Part shown: positions 48,013-59,129 of the stretch, in pieces
Position numbering within the stretch: position 1 is the stretch's first letter
Layout of the letters: each line of letters opens with the position of its first letter
Source: Macrostomum lignano
Lineage: Eukaryota
Assembly: GCA_002269645.1 (NCBI GenBank)
Contig: NIVC01001377.1
Coordinates: 1 to 64,000, forward strand
Direction: 5' to 3'
Length of the DNA stretch: 64,000 bases
Notes under the pieces: model-generated
The model's input: only the letters and a program-made list of their open reading frames with translations
What the model was told of the DNA's origin: nothing
Database searches by the model: none
Position numbers and translations under genes: made by a program

Positions 48013-48904
48013 TACGAGGGGTGTCCGAAAAATAGTGTTTACTTTTACTTGTTGCGCACTTTTGGTCAGCTGCATATTGACATAAATTTGGTGTCGTTTG
48101 AAAGTGGCAAGTCTCTTCTTTAAAATGACTTAGACCGCGATTGATTTGGATTAGTATTCAAAGAGATATGTGCACTTGAGTAGAGGGAGATCGTTCATAG
48201 ACTTTCAGAAGATCAAACACGAGCGTACCTGCTAAAATTAGCATTCTGCTCAATGGCAATCCATATTTTTGCATACATGAGTTGTTTTATGGTCAAATGT
48301 CTCTCAGTGAAAATCTTTCTCAAAAGAATACGGCTGAACCAGTTGTGTCAAAAAATCTTCACTGTTGATCAATTTTGATCCATCAATCGTAAAATGGACG
48401 TGCAAAGACTGGGAAGCGACATTCCATCTTTACGCTTTGGAGGGTGAACGAGTTCAAAGGTGGAAGAACTGACGTGAGCGACATGCCAGGGTCAGGACGC
48501 CATGAGATCTGTGACAGCAGTAGCCTAATGGATCGCATTCTCGACTTGATCAATAAAGACTGCCACCAAAGCATCCGCGAAATAGCCGATAGACCAGATT
48601 GCTCGAAGTCCACAGTTTACATCAGTCCACAGTCTGTAGAAGATGAGTCATGTCAAGCTGAGTTCCCATTGCGTTCCCTGATGGCTCATTGAGGACATGA
48701 AGCTGGATCGTCTGTACATAAGACTTGTGTCTAGGTTCTTTAAGTCTATGACCGATCTCCTTCTACTTAAGTGCGCATATCTCTTAAAATATAAATCCAA
48801 ATGGATCGCAGTTTAAGTTATTTTAAAAAACAGACTTGCCGCTTTCAAACGACACCAAACTTGTGTTTGCTACAAGTAAAAGTAACACTACTTTCCGGAC
48901 ATCC
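48013..48904 (+). mobile_element. Mariner relic, copy 2 (in duplication)
   Basis: Same sequence as 40487-41378 at offset 7526. Confidence 0.85.
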
Positions 48905-49709
48905 GGAAAATCCAAGAATTTGTCAATAAATCTAACGACGGACGCATTAACGAACAAGGAAACAAAAGAACGAGATTGAACCCAAAAAACCAGAGAACAA
49001 GAGTACATAAGAACGTTTCTGCAACTTATATAGTGCATCCGGCACTGCATTCAGAAGCCGATTGAGGTCTTCTATCTTGAGTTGCAGTCTCACTTTTGAT
49101 AACCAATCTGCATCTAGAATTACTTCAGTTTCGATCCGCGCTACCAATGTAGTAGACATGTACAGGAACTTTTTATCATCATTCTAATCACCCTGTACAT
49201 CTTCCCATCCCCAAGCAGTGCAGTGATGGAGTATTTTTCTCAGTCTGTTGCTATGAAGAAAGTTCTTGGGATGACGTTTTTTATACGTTCTCACGCTTTA
49301 TTTGCTCATTAAAAAAGACTTGAGATTCTTTTCTATATACCTGCTAGATTCAGAAGTAACGAAGCGAGGCAATAAAATCTGCCACTGCTGTTTTGCTTCG
49401 CCTTTCTTTTCCGGCACCAAACATGCCAGTTTAATTGTAGTTAAGCTCCTTTTCTTGCCTCTCAAAATCAAGTCGCGGCGACGAAGTCTGTCTTCTCCAG
49501 AGCCTAGCTTGGTTCGCTGGAACCAGTATTTCTAAGAAACAACTTAATTGCCTTATTCTCAACTCAAAGTAAAAAACACACATATTTTCACCAAAAAAAT
49601 TTGAAAACTTCCTTTCACAAAACTGTTTTTTTCCAGTGTAAGCCGGCTTCAAGTAAAAGTCGAGGTTCAAGTTTAAAGTTATAAAGTTCTCCAGAATCCG
49701 CTGGGAACA

Positions 49710-50472
49710 TTAGCGCACATAGTAGTCTCCAGCGATGTCCTTCAGGCTGGCAGGCAGGTAGGCGACCTTCAGCAGGTGGCACAGCAGCTGCTGACGAGCG
49801 AACAGCACAGCCTGGCAGTCAGCGCTGGCCTGGCACAACGTGGCGCACTCGATGCCAGACCTGGCAGCGACGGTCCAGAAGGCCTCGGTAGGCACACCAG
49901 CAGTGGCAATCGAATGTGATCTCTCCGGCCGATGGAACTCGTCGGCTGGAAGGATGAAGCGACTTAACTGAGAATTAACCTCGCTAAAGTGACTCTATAG
50001 GTATTTATTCAGCGAGCTCACAGGTGTAGACCTGGGCGAAAACCGAATTTCGACTGTGGCCACCGCAAATCTGACGCGAGTTTCCAGTGCAGGTCATGTT
50101 GCAGTCGGCCTCATTAGCGACTCCATGCAGTCCGTAGGAGTTACCGCAGAAACATTGCGAGCGGAATTGCACACCGAAGTAGCGATACTTGTCCTGCGAG
50201 CAGGTGTCGCTGCAGAACTTCCGTGACATGCTCACATCATCAAAAATCGTGCGTCCGTTTAAGTCTCTGGACAACACATGGTCTACAAAGCAGCCGACAT
50301 AGGAGAACCTGATGACCTTTTCGGCCGAAATGGCTATCAGAAAAATTGAAACAGAGTAGGCTATCGAATATATTGTAAACTCATATTTTGCGTGCTTTTT
50401 GGGCTGAATTGAGTCGGAGACAGCCAGTTCAGTATCTATCCATTCTTCCGCTCTTATAAAGATTTTGTTCAT
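49710..50472 (-). CDS. WSC-domain + PAN/apple-like secreted or membrane protein, paralog A (one short intron near 49970-50030)
   Basis: YVGCFVD..RDL..MSRKFC..C..YRYFGVQFRSQCFCGNSY..C..C.GNSRQICGGHSRNSV is the WSC cysteine pattern. Downstream WTVAARSGIECATLC..DC.AV.F...LCHL is PAN-like. Confidence 0.8.
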
Positions 50473-51732
50473 CTCACGGAAAATGAATCTACATGTAAAG
50501 TTCTTGCTGATTGGTCGATAATTTTAGTATTTAGCTACAGGCTACAGCCTACACCTTTTCCCAGTGTATTTCAACAAACCTTCGCTTCCAGGTCCGACAT
50601 TGGGTGCGCCATGCTGTGCTGTGCCACCTGCTGAAAGTCGCCTATTCTGCCTGCCAGCCTTTAGCGGCAAAATAATGTGCATAATCCTAGCTGCGATTTA
50701 CAGGGCATCGAAATTACCAGTCCATTGGCCGGTACACAAGCGCATTTCTGAAAACCGCAAGCTGGAGCTGTCACACTCTCTCAGTGACAGTTTAAGATTA
50801 AATGGTTCGAAGGTCGCCGGTCAAAAATAGACCAACCAGGAAGCAGAGACAATTGCGCAAACACATCATCTGAACACGGTTCGCGGTTACTAAGAAAAAT
50901 GCAGCGCGCGTGACAATGTACCTTTAAGAAACTTCCAGGCCAAGGACGGTTGACACGCTTAAATGACTACATGGCAATGGCTTCCTTGAAAGAGACACTC
51001 CCATTACAATGCTTACAATTAGGTTTCGTTTTACCCGTTCGTTGAAGTTAAAGTCTTCAGCATTTTGCTGGATGAATTATACATCCTTGTACATCGACTG
51101 TTCGTACTGAAGTTGTACCATAGGTGCAATAGTGCATTGCACAAACGCGCAAATTCTGACCACGGTGTGGCCCTCAAAATCGAAGGACACAATATGGATT
51201 GGCTGCATTGACAGAAACTAGCTAACCCGCCTCGACGTTATCGCTCGTTTCTGCCCTATGCAGCTCATCAATTTTGGCTTTTACTCCAAAAGACGTGAGG
51301 TGCTACAATTCATGTTATCCAAAAAATGCGACCCTAAACAGACTGAACTGCTACTGTAGCGACGTGGGTTCGAATTTTGACAGTGCAAATCCTTCTAATA
51401 AAAGCTTTTTAATGTAAAGAAAACTTCATGTAAAATATGAAAGAAGCATCAAGTCAGACAAAAGAAACATCATGTAACAAAGCGTCGTGTAAAAAAACGT
51501 CATGTCAAGCATAAAAGAAGCGTCTTGGGGAGAATTGCTGAGATGTCAAGGCTTACGTTCGGTGGAAATTTCTGAGATGTAAATCCTGAGCTCAGAAGCT
51601 ACGAATAGCTACTTTATTCAGAAAGATTTTCATCTACTTCCGAGAGATGAAAAATCTTTATAAGAGCGGAGGAATGGATAGATACTGCACTCGCTGTCTC
51701 CGATTCAATTCAGCCCAAAAAACACGCAAAAT

Positions 51733-52389
51733 ATGAGTCTATATTCGATAGCCTACTCTGTTTCAATTTTTCTGATAGCCATTTCGGCCGAAAAGTTCTC
51801 CTATGTCGGCTGCTTTGTAGACCGTGCGTCCAGAGACCTGAACGGACACACGATTGATGATGCGAGCATGTCACGGAAGTTCTGCAGCGCCGTCTGCTCG
51901 CAGGACAAGTAGCTACCGTCACTTCGGTGTGCAATTCCGCTGGCACTGTTTCTGCGGGAACACCTACGGACTGCATGGAGTCGCTAATGAGGCCGACTGC
52001 AACATGGCCTGCACCGGAAACTCGCGCCAGATTTGCGGTGGCCACAGTCGAAATTCGGTTTTCGCCCAGGTCTACACCTGTGAGCTCGCTGAATAAGTAG
52101 CTGGAGTCACTTTAGCGAGGTTAATTCTCAGTTAAGTCGCTTCATCCTTCCAGCTGACGGGTTCTATCGAGCGGAGAGATCACATTCGATGATCACTGCT
52201 GGTGCCCCTACGGAGGCCTTCTGGACCGTCGCTGCCAGGTCGGACATCGAGTGCGCCATGCTGTGCCAGGAGAGTGCTGACTGCCAGGCTGTGCTGTTCG
52301 CTCGACAGCAGCTGCTGTGCCACCTGCTGAAGGTCGCCTACCTGCCTGCCAGCCTGAAGGACATCGCTGGAGTCTACTATGTGCACTGA
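51733..52389 (+). pseudogene. WSC-PAN paralog B in inverted orientation; premature TAG/frameshift at 51910
   Basis: MSLYSIAYSVSIFLIAISAEKFSYVGCFVD... signal peptide plus WSC, stop after SQDK; the rest of WSC continues in another frame; high identity to 49710-50472. Confidence 0.75.
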
Positions 52390-53519
52390 TGTACCGAGCT
52401 GAGTTTTGAATGCTGAACTGGAGTTTTAATTCCATTGATCAAATTTTTGAAAAAGTTCAAGTTATCGAGCAATTATAAATTCGACTCCGAATGAGACATG
52501 CAGACTTATTGACTAGTCGGTTACAAACTGCCAAAATCTTTGAGACCTCATTTTTGTCTGATAATGGCTCTCAACTAGCCTCATTTTTCTGCTTGAAACT
52601 GCAGAACATTGTTGTAAAACCAAGGCAGGTAAAGTATAGAAGTTATAGTCATTTTTAATGAGCAAATATACTGATAGAAGAATTGACACCCTGCTCCGTT
52701 CTGTTGTCATCAGCTCTGAATCACATGACAACTGTCTTTCTGGGAACAATGCCCCTAGAGGCAGAGTAGGAGTAGGCAACGTTACGAAGAGAAGATATTT
52801 TTAGACACATAAAAAAGTGGCAGAATGGTGGTTTCTTATCTGAGATATCTGCCATATTCGTTTCGACCAAGGCTTTTGCTACTTTGTTGTTAAAATGACA
52901 GATATAAAAAAGATGGAAAATTTGTCTTTCAAAAATTAAAATTCCTGATTAGTGTTAGTTGTAGTTATTGCTCAGTATACATACATCTGTTTGTTGATAT
53001 TGATGTGCCGCTCTATACTTGACGAAAAGGCCAACGGGAATTTAGTATTCTTCAACACAACACATTGGCTTCGCAAGCTAGGCCACCCCCCGCAACCAAC
53101 TCAGCCCACAGATGCGAGAATAACTAGATAACTCAGCACATTTGCGTGTAAGCTACTTTCAGCTCAGTAGTAGGTTAAACGAAAGCGTTTGAATGTATTT
53201 TTTAAAGCCAAGGCTTATTTGTTAGCTCTTAACCCCCCAGCTTAAACCCTCCAACCGCGCCTTTCCACACTACCCCCCGCCCGCCACAATTTTAATTGCC
53301 TTTCTCGGAATTCCAGCCTAAAGCTGCCATGTACGTTTCAGTATACTGGCTATTGTACATTAATATTGCTGAACTAATTAGCTGCTGTATTCTTCTTTGC
53401 TACTGAACTGAAAGTAGAATGCCTGAGTGGCCTATCTACTCATTTTTAGTAGCTACTCGTATCTGTGACCCCGCCTAGAACGCCGTCACTGCAAAGTAAA
53501 CAAGCGCCAAACAGCAAAA

Positions 53520-54450
53520 GTACACAGTGCTCAGAATTTCTCAGTCAACGACAGCTTCTAACACATCGGAGGTGCCAAGGATCAACATCTTGCCACCAGA
53601 GCAATTCCTGCCTCAACAGGGCCGTGGAATGAGTCGCGGAAGAGCCTTTTTGACAACTATCTGTTGGCGGCAGGCTTCGACACTCAACCAGATGGAATCT
53701 TTGCAGCGATGCAGCCACCACGGGCCATCTCAAAATTCGGATTGTGAACAGACATCGCTGGGCGAGATTCGACGAGACCGTGAAGCTGCTGAAGGAGCAG
53801 TTTGGTGGCAAGACTGGCGGGATCGTGCGAGTTCGGCGGCATGATTGATGAGATGATTCGCGACCAGAGATCGTGGAGAAGGTCATGCAGCGACAGGCGG
53901 ACCTGAGAACGACTGCTCATCGAGGAGGGCCTGATGTTTAAGACGGCGGTGACGCTGAGCCAGCAGTGGGAGACCGGCATCGAGGATGGCAAGTCGAGGC
54001 GAGGCGGATGTGAGCAAGGTGCGACATCAGATCGAAAAGTCCAGAGCTCGTCGAGGACGAGCGGATGTCCGGCGGAGGCGGCCACAACAGGCGAGAGCCA
54101 AAGTGTCCATAATTCTATCAGAGAGGACCTACGGAAAGCTCGGGACCAAGGTGCCGCTGCAGCCATCCACCAGGAAGCTCATCGCGTACAACGGCAAAGC
54201 TATCGACACGCTGGAACAAGCGGTGCTGTCAGTCAACTACCGCGGGCAGAGGGTGCCATTCTTCTGCTTTACAGTAGTATGTCAGGGATCCCACATAATG
54301 AGCACGGATCTGATGCAGCAGCTCAGCTTCCAAGTGGTGAACTGGGACGGTGACCTGGTGCGCACTGTGGACGAGACCAGCAAGTCAAATGTGTCAAAGG
54401 TCGGCGACTGCATGTACATCAACGAGCACCAACGGCGATTCGAGTGAATC
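53520..54450 (+). mobile_element. Degenerate Ty3/Gypsy LTR-retrotransposon relic (gag zinc-knuckle and protease remnants)
   Basis: AKVSIILSERTYGKL...LQPSTRKLIAYNGKAI...VNYRG...FTVV resembles a Gypsy aspartic protease with a decayed DTG site; Cys/His remnants upstream; no RT or IN visible. Confidence 0.65.
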
Positions 54451-55699
54451 CGAGCAGTCGGACTCGCTCCGACGCAGAGGTAGCCTTGGGAATGTGGTGA
54501 CGACTCATTGGTTGCAATTTCTGCAAAGAAAATTCGAACTTCAACTCTTTATTTTCGAATATTCCTGTTCGACCGTTGTTGCGATTGTGACTCAATATCA
54601 AAACGCAGTTGGTTTTCAGGTAGGTACATTTATTAAGTATAGCTTGTAAATATACTTATCGAAAGGCCAGCGTAATTAGTTAAATTGTGCCTATAGCCAC
54701 TCAAGTCTATCTCAATATAACAATTTGCTGCAGAGCTAATTAGGGAGAAGGAGGGGAGGGAGGGGGGAGGCAATCACATGAGCTCGGACAAAATTGCATG
54801 TGGCTCTGGAGAACAATATTACCTATGTTATGGGACCAAAAATCTTCATCCAATTCTTACGGCTTCGAGAATTTCGAATGAATTATCTAGCCAGGCTACT
54901 ACTTGAACAAAGAGAAAGTAATATATTAAATATTACTTGTTGCTAGATAAGCAAAACAAAAACATTAGGATAGTGAAAAACGGAATGTACAGATCGACAA
55001 TGTGGCGGTACTCAAACTTCTAATTTCATATTTTTAAAACGTGAAACCTTTAATTCTGTAGAGTAAGGCCGGAAAAAAGACTGCTTCGACTAAGACCTCA
55101 GCACCCGTTATCTCTTTCAAATGTCTCTACTCTTTCTGTTTCTGTCAAAAAATGCTGAGTTGGGCCAGACTCATTTTTAGACTAGAATAAATAAGCCGAG
55201 GCGGGTGAGTCTCTTTGATAAAGGGATTCTAGCGACCCCAAGCCTTTCCCTGTGTGTTTGAGTGAAAAAGCAGACTTAGAGCTGACTCTGTTCTAAGTAT
55301 AGGAGATTCTAAGCTGCCGAGATTTACCGAGGCGGCTGAATCAGTTAGATGAAGAGGTTATAGCGACCCCAAGACTTTCCTTTATGTTTGAGTGAATATG
55401 CAGAGTTATTCCATGCTGGACTCCATGTCGCGAGGTAAAGCAAGCTGAATTGTTGTCTTTTCCCACAAAACTATATTCATTTTATTATCGATTTCTCCTC
55501 AATCGCAGATACACACGGTTCAAGCAACTTTTCACCCTTTTCATCATCGCCTAGCTGAAACCAAACCAAACCCTTTATCTTTGCTAGTGTAGAATTGCAT
55601 CCATTCTGTGTTTGACAAAAATACACTGGCTACCGCCTTGCGCCCCTCTCTTTCTTTCGCACCTTTGCCTTCTAATGTATCTTATGTGCATGAATTTCT

Positions 55700-56320
55700 C
55701 CGCTTCCCAGCTTCTCTCCGCCTCTTTCTGATATCCCAGCTTCTCTCCGCCTCTTTCTGATATCCCAGCTTCTCTCCGCTTCCCTCTAATATCCCAGCTT
55801 CTCTCCGCTTCCCTCTAATATCCCAGCTTCTCTCCGCTTCTTTCTGATAATCCCAGCTTCTCTCCGCTTCCCTCTAATATCCCAGCTTCTCTCCGCTTCC
55901 CTCTAATATCCCAACTTCTCTCCGCTTCCCTCTAATATCCCAGCTTCTCTCCGCTTCCCTCTGATATCCCAGCTTCTCTCCGCTTCTTTCTGATAATCCC
56001 AGCTTCTCTCCGCTTCTTTCTGATAATCCCGGCTTCTCTCCGCTTCTTTCTGATAATCACAGCTTCTCTCCGCTTCCCTCTGATAATCCCAGCTTCTCTC
56101 CGCTTCCCTCTGATATCCCAGCTTCTCTCCGCTTCCCTCTGATAATCCCAGCTTCTCTCCGCTTCTTTCTGATATCCCAGCTTCTCTCCTCTTCCCTCTG
56201 ATAATCCCGGCTTCTCTCCGCTTCTTTCTGATAATCCCAGCTTCTCTCCGCTTCTTTCTGATAATCCCAGCTTCTCTCCGCTTCTTTCTGAAAATCCTAG
56301 CATCTCTCCGCTTCTTTCTG
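55700..56320. repeat. About 28-30-bp CT-rich minisatellite (TCCCAGCTTCTCTCCGCTTC...)
   Basis: Repeated unit visible directly. Confidence 0.9.
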
Positions 56321-56324
56321 CTAA

Positions 56325-56660
56325 TCATAAGTGCATGTAGTAGTGTCCAAATAGATGGGCCAGTCATCGAGGAGCAAAGTGCATGTAATAGTGTCCAAAT
56401 AGATGGGCCAGCTATAGGGGAGCGAAGTGCCTGTAATAGTGTCCAAATAGATGGGCCAGCTATAGGGGAGCAAAGTGCATGTAATAGTGTCAAAATAGAT
56501 GGGCCAGTCATCGAGGAGCAAAGTGCATGTAATAGTGTCCAAAAAGAGGGGCCAGCTATAGAGGAGCAAAGTGCATGTAATAGTGTCCATATAGAGGGGC
56601 CAGCCATCGAGGAGAAAAGTGCATGCAGTAGTGTCCAAATAGATGGGCCAGCTATAGGGG
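56325..56660. repeat. 48-bp minisatellite (about 7 copies)
   Basis: GTGCATGTAATAGTGTCCAAATAGATGGGCCAG repeated. Confidence 0.9.
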
Positions 56661-56769
56661 AGAAGGAGAGAAGGGAAAAGAGAAAAAGGGGAGGGAGAAG
56701 AAGGGGAGGGGAGGGAGAAGAAGGGGAGGGGAGGGAGGGAGAAAGAGGGTAGGGGGAGAGAAGGAGAAG

Positions 56770-57355
56770 GAAGGGTGACAGGTGTGACAGAAGTTACAGG
56801 AGTGACATGGGTTACAGGGGTGACGGGGGTTACAGAGTGTGACAGGGGTTACAGGAGTGGCAGGGGTGACAGGGGTGACAGGGGTTACAGGGGTGACAGG
56901 GGTTACAGGGGTGACAGGGGTTACAGAGGGTGACAGGGGTTACAGGAGTGACAGGGGTGACAGGGGTTACAGGGGTGGCAGGGGTGACAGGGGTGACAGG
57001 GGTGACATGGGTTACAGGGGTGACGGGGGTTACAGAGTGTGACAGGGGTTACAGGAGTGACAGGGGTGACAGGGGTTACAGGGGTGACAGGGGTTACAGG
57101 GGTGACAGGGGTTACAGAGGGTGACAGGGGTTACAGGAGTGACAGGGGTGACAGGGGTTACAGGGGTGGCAGGGGCGACAGGGGTGACAGGGGTGACAGG
57201 GGTTACAGAGGGTGACAGGGGTTACAGGAGTGACAGGGGTGACAGGGGTTACAGGGGTGGCAGGGGTTACAGGAGTGACAGGGGTGACAGGGGTTACAGG
57301 GGTGGCAGGGGCGACAGGGGTGACAGGGGTGACAGGGGTGACAGGGGTGACAGGG
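56770..57355. repeat. 9-bp G-rich repeat (GGGGTGACA/GGGGTTACA)
   Basis: Repeated unit visible directly; preceded by a polypurine tract at 56660-56770. Confidence 0.92.
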
Positions 57356-57814
57356 GTCTTCTGAAGTTCTTCTCTTTCCAACATTGCCGACCTCCTGACA
57401 TGAAATGTCATCAACAAAGACCAGAAAATTTGCGTATTTAGTTATTGCATTCTTGAAATACTCGTACAATTAGAGACATGCTTTGCCTCGCGAAAAGCAT
57501 CGTCATAAGGAATCAGTTTTCTGATGAACTTGAGAAGACAAATCACGTTGATTCTTCTTTTGATTAAAATGGAACAGATTTGCTTTAATCCTGATCAGCC
57601 AGCAAACGTTTCTGGCTGCAATAAATTCATTGTCATAATTTTTAGGGCATCATTGTAGCCAGGTCACTCCAAGGCCACTTTTTGAGGGAACTGGCCCAAT
57701 TGTGTACCATCTGACTCCTACCCGCTTCTGGCCACTTTGTGTGGTCAGTGGGAGTTCTTTGTTTTTGTTTCTTTAAGGTCAGTCGGCCACTTTTGATACG
57801 AGCATATGATCGAC

Positions 57815-57905
57815 TATGATTTATGATCGCCTATGATTTATGATCGCCTATGATTTATAATCGCCAATGATATATGATCGCCTATGATTTATGATCGCCT
57901 ATGGA
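57815..57905. repeat. 17-bp minisatellite (TATGATTTATGATCGCC)
   Basis: About 5 copies. Confidence 0.85.
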
Positions 57906-57967
57906 GCTCTTGAATCGGACGGAAAAATGAATGGTGACTGGGGCCGCGACCTGCCTGTCAGGTAAGT

Positions 57968-58515
57968 GAGGGAGCTGTCAGGCTGTCAGTCACTGAATGT
58001 TCATGAGGGAGCTGTCAGGCTGTCAGTCACTGAATGTTCATGAGGGAGCTGTCAGGCTGTCAGTCACTGAATGTTCATGAGGGAGCTGTCAGGCTGTCAG
58101 TCACTGAATGTTCATGAGGGAGCTGTCAGGCTGTCAGTCACTGAATGTTCATGAAGGAGCTGTCAGGCTGTCAGTCACTGAATGTTCATGAGGGAGCTGT
58201 CAGGCTGTCAGCCACTGAATGTTCATGAGGGAGCTGTCAGGCTGTCAGTCACTGAATGTTCGTGAGGGAGCTGTCAGGCTGTCAGCCACTGAATGTTCAT
58301 GAGGGAGCTGTCAGGCTGTCAGTCACTGAATGTTCATGAGGGAGCTGTCAGGCTGTCAGTCACTGAATGTTCATGAGGGAGCTGTCAGGCTGTCAGTCAC
58401 TGAATGTTCGTGAGGGAGCTGTCAGGCTGTCAGTCACTGAATGTTTATGAAGGAGCTGTCAGGCTGTCAGTCACTGAATGTTCATGAGGGAGCTGTCAGG
58501 CTGTCAGTCACTGAA
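57968..58515. repeat. 37-bp minisatellite (GAGGGAGCTGTCAGGCTGTCAGTCACTGAATGTTCAT), about 15 copies
   Basis: Period 37. Confidence 0.95.
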
Positions 58516-59129
58516 TTTTCATAACTACATGATTAAAGTACATGAAATCAATTTGCAGACTGATAGAGCTTATTCTAAGAGCAGGTGCTTGAATAATCAC
58601 GGAGCATGTATACACGGCATTTTAAGCTATAAAAGTACATCTTAAGTATTTATCAGTATTATATGCAGTAAAATTCCTCGAACATAGATTACTGTTTCAT
58701 GCAAATATCTGCTACCTGTGTATTTGGCTTGAATATGTCATTAAACAGCATTGGCAATTGGGTATTGAAGTCCGCAGAACAAAATCGCTGAGAAAAGCCC
58801 GCGTCAAAGCAGAAACGCAGTTTGAAGGGAAAAAGCAATTCAGCATGCAGTGTGAATTGAATTGCAGCACAAATGTACAAAACTGCAGTTCACAGCAGGA
58901 GGGCTGCTCTCACTAAACTAGCTCATTTTCTAAAAGCTAAAAGACAGACAGATTTAGGACACGCAGATCCCTCATCAAGCCAGCATGCAGACGACTGAAA
59001 TAGACCGTTTCTGGCCATGCATGCCAAGTCAAAATGTAAAGACGATTCAATGTGTTTTAAGCAGAACACGCAGAACCAAAATCAGAAGGAAGAGTTTAAT
59101 TAAACAAACGCAAGTTGCATGAAGTTCAA

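Larger units (their letters stand above)
34587..49643. repeat. Direct tandem segmental duplication of about 7.53 kb (34587-42117 and 42118-49643)
   Basis: Identical ORF sets at offsets 7526-7531. Junction TGTAAGC|TCAGGTGTG at 42117/42118; copy 2 ends TGTAAGC at 49643. Confidence 0.95.

Noticed and set aside
54490-54620. 3-prime LTR of the Gypsy relic starting TGTGGTGAC
   Set aside because: No matching 5-prime LTR or PBS could be identified.
56839-57469. Collagen-like or GVT-repeat ORFs
   Set aside because: 9-bp GGGGTKACA repeat. It is also not the TTAGGG animal telomere repeat, so not called telomeric.
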